Of a DNA stretch of 64,000 nucleotides, positions 48,160-60,529 are shown piece after piece. A program made the translations under genes and the position numbers. Where the stretch lies: contig CM075988.1 in NCBI GenBank assembly GCA_038087875.1, positions 9,984,001-10,048,000 on the forward strand, given 5' to 3'. The first letter of the stretch is position 1; every line of letters starts with the position of its first letter. This DNA is from Malacoraja senta. Taxonomy: Eukaryota. Under the pieces are notes generated by a model that was not told the DNA's origin, did no database searches, and saw only the letters and a program-made list of their open reading frames with translations.

Positions 48160-49760
48160 TCTCCACTCCTTCTCCCCCCCTTCTCTTCCCCCCTTCTCTT
48201 CCCCCTTCTCTCCCCCCTTCCTCTCCCCCCCTTCTCTCCCCCCCCTTCTCTCCCCCCCTTCTCTCCCCCCCCCCTTCTCTCCCCCCCCTTCTCTCCCCCC
48301 CTTCTCTCCCCCCCTTCTCTCCCCCCCTTCTCTCCCCCCCCTTCTCTCCCCCCCCTTCTCTCCCCCCCTTCTCTCCCCCCTTCTCTCCCCCCCCTTCTCT
48401 CCCCCCCCTCTCCCCCTTCTCTCCCCCCCCTTCTCTCCCCCCCTTCTCTCCCCCCTTCTCTCCCCCCCCTTCTCTCCCCCCTTCTCTCCCCCCCTTCTCT
48501 CCCCCTTCTCTCCCCCTCTTCTCTCCCCCCCTTCTCTCCCCCCCTTCTCTCCCCCTCTTCTCTCCCCCCTCTCTCTCCCCCCCTTCTCTCCCCCCCTTCT
48601 CTCCCCCCCCTTCTCTCCCCCCCCTTCTCTCCCCCCCCCTCTCTCCCCCCCCCCTTCTCTCCCCCCCTTCTCTCCCCCCCCTTCTCTCCCCCCCCCTTCT
48701 CTCCCACCCTNNNNNNNNNNNNNNNNNNNNNNNNNNNNNNNNNNNNNNNNNNNNNNNNNNNNNNNNNNNNNNNNNNNNNNNNNNNNNNNNNNNNNNNNNN
48801 NNNNNNNNNNNNNNNNNNNNNNNNNNNNNNNNNNNNNNNNNNNNNNNNNNNNNNNNNNNNNNNNNNNNNNNNNNNNNNNNNNNNNNNNNNNNNNNNNNNN
48901 NNNNNNNNNNTCTCCCCCCCCTTCTCTCCCCCCCTTCTCTCCCCCCCTTCTCTCCCCCCCTTCTCTCCCCCCTTCTCTCCCCCCTTCTCTCCCCCCCTTC
49001 TCTCCCCCCCTTCTCTTCCCCCCTTCTCTCCCCCCTTCTCTCCCCCCCCTTCTCTCCCCCCCTTCTCTCCCCCCCTTCTCTCCCCCCTTCTCTCCCCCCT
49101 TCTCTCCCCCCCTTCTCTCCCCCCCTTCTCTCCCCCCCTTCTCTCCCCCCCTTCTCTCCCCCCCTTCTCTCCCCCCCTTCTCTCCCCCCCTTCTCTCCCC
49201 CCCTTCTCTCCCCCCCTTCTCTCCCCCCCTTCTCTCCCCCCCTTCTCTCCCCCCCTTCTCTCCCCCCTTCTCTCCCCCCCTTCTCTCCCCCCTTCTCTCC
49301 CCCCTTCTCTCCCCCCCTTCTCTCCCCCCTTCTCTCCCCCTTCTCTCCCCCCCTTCTCTCCCCCTTCTCTCCCCCCCTTCTCTCCCCCCCTTCTCTCCCC
49401 CCCTTCCCCCCTTCTCTCCCCCCCCTTCTCTCCCCCCCTTCTCTCCCCCCCTTCTCTCCCCCCCTTCTCTCCCCCTTCTCTCCCCCCTTCTCTCCCCCCT
49501 TCTCTCCCCCCTTCTCTCCCCCCCTTCTCTCCCCCCCCCTTCTCTCCCCCCCCTTCTCTCTCCCCCCCTTCTCTCTCCCCCCCTTCTCTCTCCCCCCCTT
49601 CTCTCTCCCCCCCCTTCTCTCCCCCCCCTTCTCTCCCCCCCCCCCTCTCTCTCCCCCCCCCCTCTCTCTCCCCCCCCTTCTCTCTCCCCCCCCTTCTCTC
49701 TCCCCCCCCTTCTCTCTCCCCCCCCTTCTCTCTGACTCTCTCCCCTTCTCCCCCCCACCT
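48160..49760 (+). repeat. Polypyrimidine satellite, approximately (C5-9 TTCTCT)n
   Basis: Almost pure C/T, read directly from the sequence. Confidence 0.97.
48711..48910. other. Assembly gap (200 N)
   Basis: Run of 200 n. Confidence 1.
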
Positions 49761-50567
49761 CCGTGTTCTCTAAAGGACGTGAATTTCAGACAGGGCTCCC
49801 CCGCTTTCCCTGGCCCCCGCCTTTGCGATGTGTTTGTGCGTGTGCGGTCGGTCAATCCAGCTCGCGGTTTCAACGCGGGCAGTCGATCCAGCTCGAGGAT
49901 TTCCAGGCGAGTGCCCTCGAGCTGGAAGGTCGAAGACATTCTTCTTAACTCGCGGATTAGGTCGCCCAAGTGGGACAGCTCCTTAACACTAACCCCCACA
50001 CTTTAGGGACAATTTACATTTATACCAAGCCAATTTACCTACAAATCTGTACGTCTTTGGAGAGTCAGAGGAAACCGAAGATCTCGGAGAAAACCCACAG
50101 GGTCATGGGGAGAACGTACAAACTCCGTACAGACAGCACCCGTGGTCAGGATCAAACCCCGATCTCTGGCGCTGCAAGCGCTGTAAGGCAGCAAACTCTA
50201 CCGCTGTGCCACCGTGCCTCCCTACATCATACAGCAGACTTCATCCAGGCAGTACACAAAGAGTCGCTACGTTTCGGATGCCGACAATGTTCCTAACTTC
50301 CCTCAGCGGAGGCCTGCCGGGATGTAAAAGAGAAATTGTCTTGTGTTTAAAGTAAAATGTACACATAAAGCTTCAGAGACAAGGATTTTACAAGCTGTTT
50401 TATTTGCTCCTATCACAGTGTTATACTCAACATTTCTCTGAATCAATCTAAACAAACAAACCTGCTCAAGTGACCTGATTGACCACCACAACACTATTTA
50501 TGTAGAGTGAAATCAGAGTCCATTTTCATCTTCCATGGTTGTTGAAGTGAATAGAGGGTCTCCCTAA

Positions 50568-50910
50568 TGGGCCTGTCCCACTTACGCGATTTTTTCGGCG
50601 ACTGCCAGCACCCGTCATAGGTCGTTGCAGGTCACTGAAAATTTTCAACATGTTGAAAAATCCAGCGGCGACCAGAACAAGGTACGACTGTTTGGGGGAC
50701 TACTCACGACCATACAGGCTTCACAGGCGACACATGTCGCCAGGGTGTCGCCTGTATGATTGTGAGTTGTCTCCTCATTCGCCCAAAGAATCGTAGCATC
50801 TTTCTGGTTGCCTCTGAATTTTTAACATGTTGAAAATTTTCAGCGAACTGCAACGACCTATGACGGGTGCCATCAGTCGCCGAAAAAGTCGCGTAAGTGG
50901 GACAGGCCCA
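50568..50910. mobile_element. PIF/Harbinger-like palindromic MITE
   Basis: TGGGCCTGTCCCACTTACGCGA.../...TCGCGTAAGTGGGACAGGCCCA; flanks TAA/TTA. Confidence 0.85.
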
Positions 50911-51241
50911 TTACAAAACCAATCATAAATCCTGCTCTTAATAAGGACACGAGTTAAACATTTGTCAAACACTAGTCAAATGTTAATCTCTGAAGGCATA
51001 AGCAGACTCGTTTGTGATTGGGATTCACATTTCAGATCTCATTCCCAGGCTGAATAATCTCTTTCCATGCTATAGTTCTGTGATTCTGGCTCATGCCTCC
51101 TTATCTCTGCAATCTTCACCAGCCCTGTCATTCACTAAGATCTCTGCATAACCCTCAATACTGACCACTTACCCATCCCTTTGTATCCTCATGGACTGCC
51201 AGTCCTTCAGCCAGCTAAGTCTTCTGCTGTGAAATTCCTTA

Positions 51242-51804
51242 AGGGGCTGTCCCACTGCGGCCACCTAATTGGCGAGTTTAGAAGAGTATACGAGAGTTTG
51301 AAAAAATGTCATGTAGAAGACCTCCTTCGACCTTCAACTATGTTGAAGACTAGCTTCGACTAGCTTTGGGAAAATTGGACACTGAATAGTGGAGAGTGAC
51401 GACGACCTTTGATCTCCAACCTCCCTTCGACCTCCCTTCGACCTCCCTTCGACTATGTTGAAGACTATCTACGACTACCTTCAACTACCTTCGATTACCT
51501 TTGACTACCCTTGATTTCCTATGAATAACATGCCGACCTACTACGACCTACTTCGACTAAACCTACGAGTAAAAAAAGTATCGATTTTTTCCATGGTGAC
51601 CTTTTTTTACTTGTGGGCATTTTTTAACATGTTGAAAAATACGCCGCGACCTAGGTGAGGCCTCGAGTACACGGGGACTACTCTCGAGCATGAAGGAGAG
51701 TTACAAAGACCACCTAGGACTGCGTTTCGACCATGCTGCAAGTATGAGTTGAGGGCAAACTTGTCTGAACTCACGGATTAAGTCGCCGCAGTGGGACAGC
51801 CCCT
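51242..51804. mobile_element. PIF/Harbinger-like MITE, probably inserted in an L2-like fragment (~51030-51970)
   Basis: TIR AGGGGCTGTCCCACTGCGGC / GCCGCAGTGGGACAGCCCCT; TSD TTA/TTA; internal CTTCGAC repeats. Confidence 0.85.
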
Positions 51805-52924
51805 TTACTTAAGCTTCTCTCTCTCTCTCCTTCCTCTAATAAGATGCTCCTCAAGAGCCTACCTCTTCCATTCTGCTTTTAGTTATGTTCCAGTCCTCAG
51901 CTTTGGGAATTGCTCACTGAAATGGCCTGGGATGTTTTATTTCATCAAAGAATCTCTGTAAACGTAAGTTGTTTTCATAAAACTACAAAATTTGGAAAAA
52001 TATTCAAATCTTTCCATTGTTGTATTGAAACAGCAAATTTTGTTTTAATATGCATTCATTCTATTTTACATTCTACACCTTGTGGGTGGCACAATGGCAC
52101 AGCTGGTAAAGCAGCCAATGACCTGGGTTTGATCCTGACCTTGGGTACTAGCATTGTTGAGTTTGCACGTTCATCCTGTGACGACCTAGGTTTACTCCTG
52201 GTGCTCCAGTTTCCTCCTACATCGCAAAGACGGTGGGTTTGCAGGTTAATTGGCCTCTGTAAATTGCCCCTAGTGTATAAGGAGGGGACAATAGAAATGC
52301 GCAAGGTTATGTGAACAGATGTGAAGGCATAGAAATAAGACACCTTCACTCTGCATTGTAATTGAATAATACACTACTAAGGCCAGCAGTGTGCCAAATA
52401 AGTGCAGGAAGCTGCTTTCTTTATCTCTGGGATTTCTTGAACTTTGAAACAGTGTTCAACTATCTAAACTTGTAAATGATTGCACGGTCTCTGGACTGTA
52501 CTGCACTGTAAATGGAACAAGTGTGAATAGGTAATAGATGTTTGGTGTAGACCTGGGCCTGTTTCCATGCTACATCTTTCAATCAACCAACCATTCTCAT
52601 ATGTTTAAGAAAGAACTGCAGATGCTGGAAAAACGAAGGTAGATGAAGAATGCTGGAGAAACTCTGCGGGTGAGGCAGCATCTATGGAGAGAAGGAATAG
52701 GCGACGTTTCCTTCAAATCCACACATCTTTGGGATGTGAGAGGAAACCGGAGCACCTGGAAACCCACGTGGTCACAGGGAGAATGTGCAAAAAGACAGCA
52801 CCCGAGGCCAGGATCGAACCTGGGTCTCTCGTGATGTGAGGCAGCAGCTCTACCAGCTGCGCCACCGGGAAGAAAATGGGAAGAAAAATCAAATGATTAA
52901 GTTGTGCTGGAAAGGAATGATTAA

Positions 52925-53235
52925 TAGCCCTGTCCCACGGTACGAGTTCATTCCAAGAGCTCTCCCGAGTTTAAAAAAAATCGAACTCGTGGTAAGCACG
53001 GAGAATGAATGTAGCGGGTACGTCGGAGCTCGGGGACGTCTCTTAGCGGCTCGTACCGCTAACGGCAGGTACTCGGGAAGACTCGCTAATGGCAGGTAAG
53101 CAGGGGAAGACTGTTGAAAAATGTCCACGAGAGCCCTGGGTACTGACGAGTGGCCATTACCGTAAATCTCCGAGTTCGAATCAGAGCAAACTCGGGAGAG
53201 CTCTTGGAATAAACTTGTACCGTGGGACAGGGCTT
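52925..53235. mobile_element. PIF/Harbinger-like palindromic MITE
   Basis: AGCCCTGTCCCACGGTAC.../...GTACCGTGGGACAGGGCT; flanks TAA/TTA. Confidence 0.8.
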
Positions 53236-53950
53236 TTAAGCTGCTATGTAAGATGATATAGACTCAAAGAAACTAAATGACCAAATATTGTTACATTTGC
53301 TGATCTTGGTGGCACTGGTCATGGATTCATAAGATGAATCTCCTCTGGATTTCCATTAGACCATCTCTGTAATTATACTTTCCTTCCCAATGTTTTAAGC
53401 TGACATTCTGTCAATTTCTTCGGCACTTTGGTCAAGAACTAGCTCCATTGTCTGTTTTCCTCAAGCGCAGCTTTCCGCTTAAGTCGCTGTATGAGAAGGA
53501 TGCTCCTGATACTGACCTCACCAGACAAAGTAATTGGTTTTCAAGCAAAGTTTACCTGGGTCACTGGAACATCTGGCTGCAAATTTGCGCCTTTGTAGAG
53601 ATTTGGGTTTGTAAACATTTTCTCGTTAAAGGAAACAAACTGCATCAATAGGATCTTTCTGTGAGGTTAAAGAGGCGCCGTGTTCTATTTAAAAATGGAA
53701 AATTGCAATGGCTTGTTCACAGTCAGACTCCATGGCCTGATGTTCAGAATGACATTGTGCTGCAGAGTGAAAAATTTCCAATTAACTTTGATGTGAGGGC
53801 AGTTTGTGGATTGATAGAGAATTTAAATTATTCACTTGTAAATACCATATAGAGCTCCACTAATAAAAAAGGATGCATTTTCCAAGAAGAGATACATTAG
53901 ACAATCGCTGTGAGATGAACCTAAAATAAAGTTTTTTTTTTTAATGTTTT

Positions 53951-53983
53951 GTCCGAAGATGGGTCTCAACCCGAAACGTCACC
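53951..53983 (+). ncRNA. Minimal hammerhead motif in a PLE end (CUGA>CCGA substitution)
   Basis: GT-CCGAAGA-T-GGGT(CTCA)ACCC-GAAA-CG-TC-ACC. Confidence 0.55.
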
Positions 53984-54944
53984 GATCCATGTTCTCCAGG
54001 GATACTGCCTGACCTGCTAAGTGATTCCAGCTCTTTGTGTCTTTTATTGTATTCTAATCTTTAGTCTTACAATACACGTTAAAAAAAGGTTCCTTGGGCA
54101 AGTTAGCCAAGGGTGTTTGGAGCTGTCAAGTCAATGACAAAGTCTACATGAGATATGGTGGATAAATCAAAAATGTCAGGGAGAACGATCTTTGCAGTAT
54201 ATTCTGTTTTATTTCAGGCAAAAGGAATTGCAAATGTTGGATTAGAGCAAAAAAGCACTGGAGGAACTTAGCAGGTCAGGAAGAATCTGTGGAGAGAAAT
54301 GGATTGACCATGTTTTGAGTTGAGTCCTTCTTCAGACTGATAGTAGTAGGGGGAGAAAGCTGGAAAAGATTTGGGGGAAAAAACATATTTTTGCACTGGT
54401 TTATCAAAGAAATAAGAAGAAAGCAATTTTCAGTAGAATTACTACTTGTTCTATCTCTCAGTTGCAGTTGCCTTGCCATTATAAGCTTCTTTGAGTGGGT
54501 ACAAGCTATTATTTATGATGCATTAATTCCTCTTCAGTGGGAGCATGTTTTAGATCATTTAAATGCTTGTTTTTGATTATTTGCATATTATTTCTTCTCC
54601 ATTTCAGCTCTGATGTTTTGAAGTTGAGGGTGACGGAAAATGTTCATTTCTTAAGACACTGTGTTTCAGCCTCCTGTTTGCTCAGCTAATATCTAGGCTC
54701 GAGCCAATGCTTCTGCACCATTCAGGGAGATGTCTCAGGATAAATTATCTTTCCTTCTCATTTCTACTTCCCGCATGGAAACATCTGTCACCACAACTCT
54801 GAAATGAAGAACTCACCATCTGGACCATGGCAGATGCAAATTGATGACCTGCCATCCTCTCGCACAACATGTTGCATAGAACACATCCTGTAAGAGTATT
54901 TTCCATATTTTGTTTTTGTGGTGCTTAACTGCAAATGTCCTCTT

Positions 54945-55303
54945 ACTACCCAGTGATATGAACATTGATTTCTCTGACTTCAAGTAACCCCTGCATTCCC
55001 CCTCTCTCCATCTCTCCCCCACCTTCCAAGTCGCACCAGGTTCTCGTTCTCGCCTAGCAAACAGCTAACAACGGCCTGTTTCCTATATCATTATTACTTT
55101 TTTGCATATCTTTCATTCATTTGTTCCATATCTCTCTACATCTCTCATCTATATCTCTCGTTTCCCATTCCCCTGACTAGTCTGAAGAAGGGTCTCGACC
55201 CGAAACATTCCTTCTTTCTAGAGATGCTGCATGACCCACTGAGTTACTCCAGCATTTTGTGTCTATCTTCAGTTTAAACCAGCACTTGCAGTTCCTTACT
55301 ACA
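54945..55303 (+). mobile_element. Penelope-like element 3' end (ORF tail and pseudo-LTR)
   Basis: ...PSDMNIDFSDFK* ORF end; CTGAAGAAGGGTCTCGACCCGAAAC at 55182-55206; terminus GCAGTTCCTT. Confidence 0.8.
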
Positions 55304-55329
55304 CAATGTCTACTTAAATATAATTTGTA

Positions 55330-55960
55330 AACTGCAGATGCTGGTTCATAAAAGAAGACACCAAATATTGGAGTACCTCTGGAGAACGTGGATAAGTGAA
55401 GTTTTGGCTTGGGACCCTTCTTCAAACTGATTGTGGTGGGGAGGAGGAGCTTGAAGAGAGGAGGAGCAGGACTGATGAGTGATAGGTGGATACAGGGGAG
55501 GGGGGATTTTTGATAATCAGATGGTTGGATAAAGACCAGAGATGAAAAGACAAAATGTGTGAGATAAGGTTAGAAGATATGCAAATTATGAAGCTAGAGG
55601 AAGGTATCGAGATGGAAGGGCAGGGGAGAATTGGGTGCATTTTGGTGGTGCACAGGGAAAGGATGGCGAAGGAAAAATATGATTATTAAAAAAGGGGGCA
55701 AGGTGGTCTATAGATTAGTTACCTGAAAATGGATAATTCGACATTCATGCTGTTAGATTTTACGTTTCCAAGCAGAATATGAGGTGCTGTTCCTCGTATT
55801 TACACGTGGCTTCACTGTAGTAATGGAGGAGGCCCAGGATAGAAAGGTCAATATGGGAATGGGAAGATGAGTTAAAATGATTAGCAATCAATAGATGCAG
55901 CAGACCTTGGTGGACCAAGTGCAAGTTTTTGTCGAGACGATTGCTGAATCTTCGCTTGCT
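55330..55960 (-). mobile_element. Penelope-like element 3' fragment (GIY-YIG endonuclease C-terminus)
   Basis: ANHFNSSSHSHIDLSILGLLH...EEQHLIFCL is typical of the PLE endonuclease C-terminus. Confidence 0.85.
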
Positions 55961-56559
55961 CTCGAAAATGTAGTGTGGCCTCCAGAGATGCTGCCTGGCC
56001 TGCTGAGTTTCTCCAGCACTTTGTGCCTTTTTTTCCTCTTCAATAATATCTTTTCTTTTTATGGAGATTCCTCTCTTCACCTGCCCATTTTACCCAATAA
56101 GAGTCAGTAATGAGATGATGATGGCGAATGTTACTCTGCAAATAATGCAGGTAGTTGTGGAAGACGGCGTGGTGGAAAATGTTTTGGGTTGTTAGTGAGG
56201 GAATTTCAACAAGGTATTCTGGTAATGGGAACAACCATTTAGAATTTGAAACATGGTCAACTAACTTCACACAATCACCGACAGTTTGTACGTTTTATTA
56301 CTGAATATTCCAATAATTGATGCAGTTGAGTTTAGTCTACACAAACACTAATTGTAACCAACTGGCACAAAACATAAGAATATAAGAACTGAGTTGGTCA
56401 CTAAAAATTAATCACTGGCTCTTTTTTATTCTATGCTTTCATTCCTATTACATATTCTAACATCAAACATAATTTCATTAGAAGACTTAGCAAACTCTGT
56501 TAAGTTATTGGTCATTAATAAATATGGTAAAAGGTGGAACAGAATGTTGTGTTGCAACA

Positions 56560-57300
56560 TCAATCACTTTCAATTCTCGTGCATCCAATTGTTATATGTG
56601 ACAAGATGGAGTGGGATGGCTTTTGTTCGTTGGTGTGAGAACTCCTTTCTCACTAAACCTGCTTCTCCTGACTGTGCCACACATCCTGAGGGCTTCTATC
56701 TTCACTGGATGGACTGTACGGCATCCTTAGGCAAGGTCAAGAGAGCAGAGGGGTCTGCTTCCTAATCAACGTCTTGTGTGGCAATTCTGTTGACCTCCTG
56801 CGGCCGTTGCTGGAAAACCTAAGTGTCATCCTGACTTCCTGCCTCTGGAATTCACTTCAGCTCTCCTAACAGCAGTCTGCCCCATGCTGATGCTAAGCTT
56901 GTACTGGATGAACTGTACATCACTACTTTGAAAGGGAAAACCCTGAGGCCTTATTCATAACAATCGAGGACTTCAAACAGGCCAACGGTGTGAGTGTGCT
57001 ACCAAAATACTATCTGCATGTCTCCTGTCCCACTAAAGGTCCAAACCTTCTCAACCACTGCTACACAATCATCAAAGGTGCCTACTGCTCCATCTCCCAG
57101 CAGCATTTTGAAATATTGTCCTCCTGGCTGTGCTCAACTCCCTGCAAACAAGCGGAAATTGAAGCGTGAGGATCTGGTATAGAAAGCCATACTGTGTTGT
57201 TCTGAGGATATAGATCCAGACCTTCGCGACTGCTTTGAGTCAGTGGACTGATCCATATCTAAGGACTTTGCGACCAACCTAAATGAGCACATCGCTACTT
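56560..57300 (+). mobile_element. Degenerate Rex1/Babar-like LINE endonuclease region
   Basis: PDCATHPEGFYLHWMDCTASLGK...GVCFLIN-like; downstream LRDCFESVD* remnant. Confidence 0.6.
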
Positions 57301-58339
57301 TCAATGTAACATAACTGTGTAAAATTACAGGTAAACATAAAGTGCCATTTTCCTTGCATTTGAAGTTTAGAACTGGAATCATAACCGTACTTGAAGTGAA
57401 GATGAATTTCTTTACTTGGTGGGTAGTGAATCTTTGAAATTCTCTACCCCAGTGGGCTATGGATATTTAGTCAAATAATCTATTCAGGACTGTAACTGAT
57501 TGATTTTTATGTACCAATGGAATAAGGGAAATGGCAGACAAAAGGCAGTGGGGGTAAAAAATGAGGCACTGAAGTAACAAATGGGAGACAACTTCAAGTG
57601 AATATGTGACTGACTCCTGTTATATTTTAAAGCTTCATAGATTCCTAAAATTACATAGCATGAAAACAGGTCCTTCGGCCCAAATCATCCATACTGACCA
57701 AGGTGCCTATCTAAACTAATTCCATTTACCCACGTTTTGGCCCTTTTTCCTCTACACTTTTCCTATCCATATTTCTTTTAATGTTTTTATTCTGCCTGCC
57801 GCTACCACCTTCTCATGCAGCTCATTATCTTTCCATTGCAATAATTGCTCATACTCATTATCCCAACTTTCCCTTCCACATTTGACCACATCCCATCTCG
57901 GTTAATAATTTGCCTTCAATTCTTTTTTGTTTCTGAAAACCTTCTGAAAACCTTTCAGTAAGGAGATGTAAATCACATCCCTGGACAATATGGTGTCTAA
58001 CATTTTAATAACTTCCTCAAAAATTTCAATTTCAATCAGATTTGTTGGACAAGATATGCCCTTTAAAATTCTAGGTTAGATCTCTCTAATTGGTTCAAAT
58101 ATCTTGAAGTGCTCAGACGATCTCTCCTTAATTATACAGTAGATTCTAATATCTTCCTCACAACAGGCGCCAAATTAACTGGTCTATAATTCCGTGTTTA
58201 CTCTCTTCTTTCTGTCACTTTATGCCAGTTACATTAGTGTAATCTTGCCAGCAAACCCAGCACAAAGCATTATCAGGGAGTTTTAAAAACAAATTAGTTG
58301 GAATCAAAGACAAATATGTTCATGTTTTACAGGACAAAT

Positions 58340-58650
58340 ATATTCAGGCCAAGACAGAGTGGATGTGGAGAGTCCAGGACCAGAAGTCCTAGCCTCCAAA
58401 TTAAAGGATGTTCCTTGGGGAAAGGGATGAGGAGGATTTTCTTTAGGCAGAGGGTGGTGAATCTGTGGAATTCATTGTTATAGAAGGCTGTGGAGGCCAA
58501 GTCAATGGAAACATGTGTCAAGGTTAATGGGGAGAAGGCAGAATGGGGTTAAGAGGGAAAGATAGATCAGCCATGCTTGAATGGCAGAGTAGACTTGATG
58601 GGCCGAATGGCTTAATTCTGCTCCTATCACTTATGAACTTGTGAACTTAT
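58340..58650 (+). mobile_element. CR1/HER1-like LINE 3' fragment
   Basis: GESRTRSPSLQIKG...FFRQRVVNLWNSL. Confidence 0.85.
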
Positions 58651-59631
58651 AAACTTAAGTTCAGGGTCGATTAAGACAAGCTTGGTACCATCCTCCTCCA
58701 CCCCAAACCCCACAAAATGTAACTGATCGCAAGGTTAAAATAAAAATTAATGACCTGAATTGAAGAAACTCTTCAAATTTTATTAACGCTTTTCACTGTA
58801 CCTCAGACCAGGTGACAATAAACTAAAGTAAACCAACTACATTAAATTAAACTAAATTGAAAAACAGTGATGAGGAAGCACTTTCCTTTTATTTTCTTAC
58901 CAAAAAAAATAAAAAATTGCTAAAACACTGACAAATGCAGACTTTTTGATATATTTGGTTTAATGTCCTTTCTTTAAACACATTTTCAGTATTTTTAAAT
59001 CAGATTTTTCATTGCTGGAGATTTTGCCATCTTTAATAAAAATCTTGTTTTTGCTGAAACACATTTTCAGCGGATTAATGACTGCACTAGGTTTCTACCC
59101 TTTAATACATAAAGGAGCCATATTCAATTGAAAGAGCCTGGATGAAAGAACTGCATTTCATTATGCTGCCCAGTTGTAGTGTTGCATGAGAGCTTTTACA
59201 TTGTAACTCCACACTTTCGGTGGAAGCTTAAATTGTAGAAGCCAATTTCAATCATATTTGGGGAGCATTTATTTTGATTATTGGCAATCTTATTACCACT
59301 TACATTTCACAAAACATGTAAGTTATGTGCTATTTCTAGCTTTTAATCTTTTACAAAAAAGATACAGCTTTAAATTTGTACAGATTTATTCTCGACAACG
59401 AAGCATTATTTTTGTGCAATAAAGTCAGTTTGTTTTAAGTTTAGTGGAACAACTCTGAATTATTTATGAACAAACTGCTTATTTATGAAATTAACTATTG
59501 TATAGTCCTTTGTCAATCACTCATATTGAAATGTACCAAAATGCTATGAAATATTTTGTGACCTTTATGAGTCTTGCATAAGATTTTACACGATGTACAA
59601 TAATCTCCATTGGGACTTCACATGCCTGAAA

Positions 59632-59805
59632 TCATAGTCATAGAGTCATAGTCATACAGCATGGAAGCAGGCCCCTTCAGCCCAATTTGCCCAAGATGCC
59701 CCATCTACACTAATCCCACCTGCCCGCATTTGGCCCATATCCCTCTAAACCTCTCCTATCTACAGTATGTGCCTGTCCAAATGCCTTTAAAATGTACTTA
59801 TAGTA
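59632..59805 (-). mobile_element. CR1-like LINE tail
   Basis: TCATAG repeats followed by the reverse complement of the CR1 tail. Confidence 0.75.
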
Positions 59806-60529
59806 TCCACACAAAATCACAATAGTATTTTTATTGGTGTGAAATATCGATTGTGGTATCCTTGGAAATAATCTAGAGCATATTTCTGCTTATTTTTAAT
59901 TAAAAGAAGACTTTTGAAGAATCATTATATGCCATGTGACTTAACAATGAATGAATTCACTTCTTATTGTCATGGACATATATTACAAAATGGGTATATT
60001 ATTGTTTGTCTTCTTACCAACACATTAATGTTGCAGCTCCCAGCACATATAAATACAGATATACATATGGGAAGTTAGGAAGCCAAGTATAATTCAGCCT
60101 TGGATGTGATATAATCACTAAGAACTGCACTGCATTTTCATCTTTAATCTAGCAGAGGCTGGAAAGATGATAATCCTTATCTCTGCTTCCTGTAAAAAAC
60201 TTAATTATGACAATATAGCAGATGGATAAAATGCTGCCAAAGGCATAAAATATTTTAAATGGACTTAATAGGGGGAGGATAAGATATGTTGTAATCCCAT
60301 TTTAGATACCCTTTTAAATGCATTTTTTAGATTATGCTTGTATTTGGGTTCATTGAATAAGGAAGACTTGTTGGTACATCCACATTTATTTCTCCTTCAG
60401 GAAATTCCAAAGTACAACAGCATCCTTACAATGAGTAATTATGAGACATCAAAAGGAGCAGCTACAACAAGATCCCACAAGTAATGGCGTGATAATCACC
60501 AGATCATTTCTCTCAAAAATATTAATTAA

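Larger units (their letters stand above)
47786..49983. mobile_element. PIF/Harbinger-like MITE with internal CT-rich satellite
   Basis: About 65-bp TIR AGGGGCTGTCCTACTTGGGCGAC.../...GTCGCCCAAGTGGGACAGCTCCT; flanks GAA/TAA. Confidence 0.8.
47697..50222 (-). mobile_element. V/HE1-like SINE split by a MITE (parts 47697-47785 and 49984-50222)
   Basis: The two halves join into the SINE seen at 45466-45775. Confidence 0.85.

Noticed and set aside
48110..49999. Long ORFs of 535-629 aa (G/E/R-rich and P/S/L-rich)
   Set aside because: Artefacts of a stop-free CT satellite and an N gap
52921..53239. Kolobok or piggyBac assignment from TTAA on both flanks
   Set aside because: TTAA fits only this copy and, with a shifted boundary, 61031; the other five related MITEs fit a 3-bp T-x-A target
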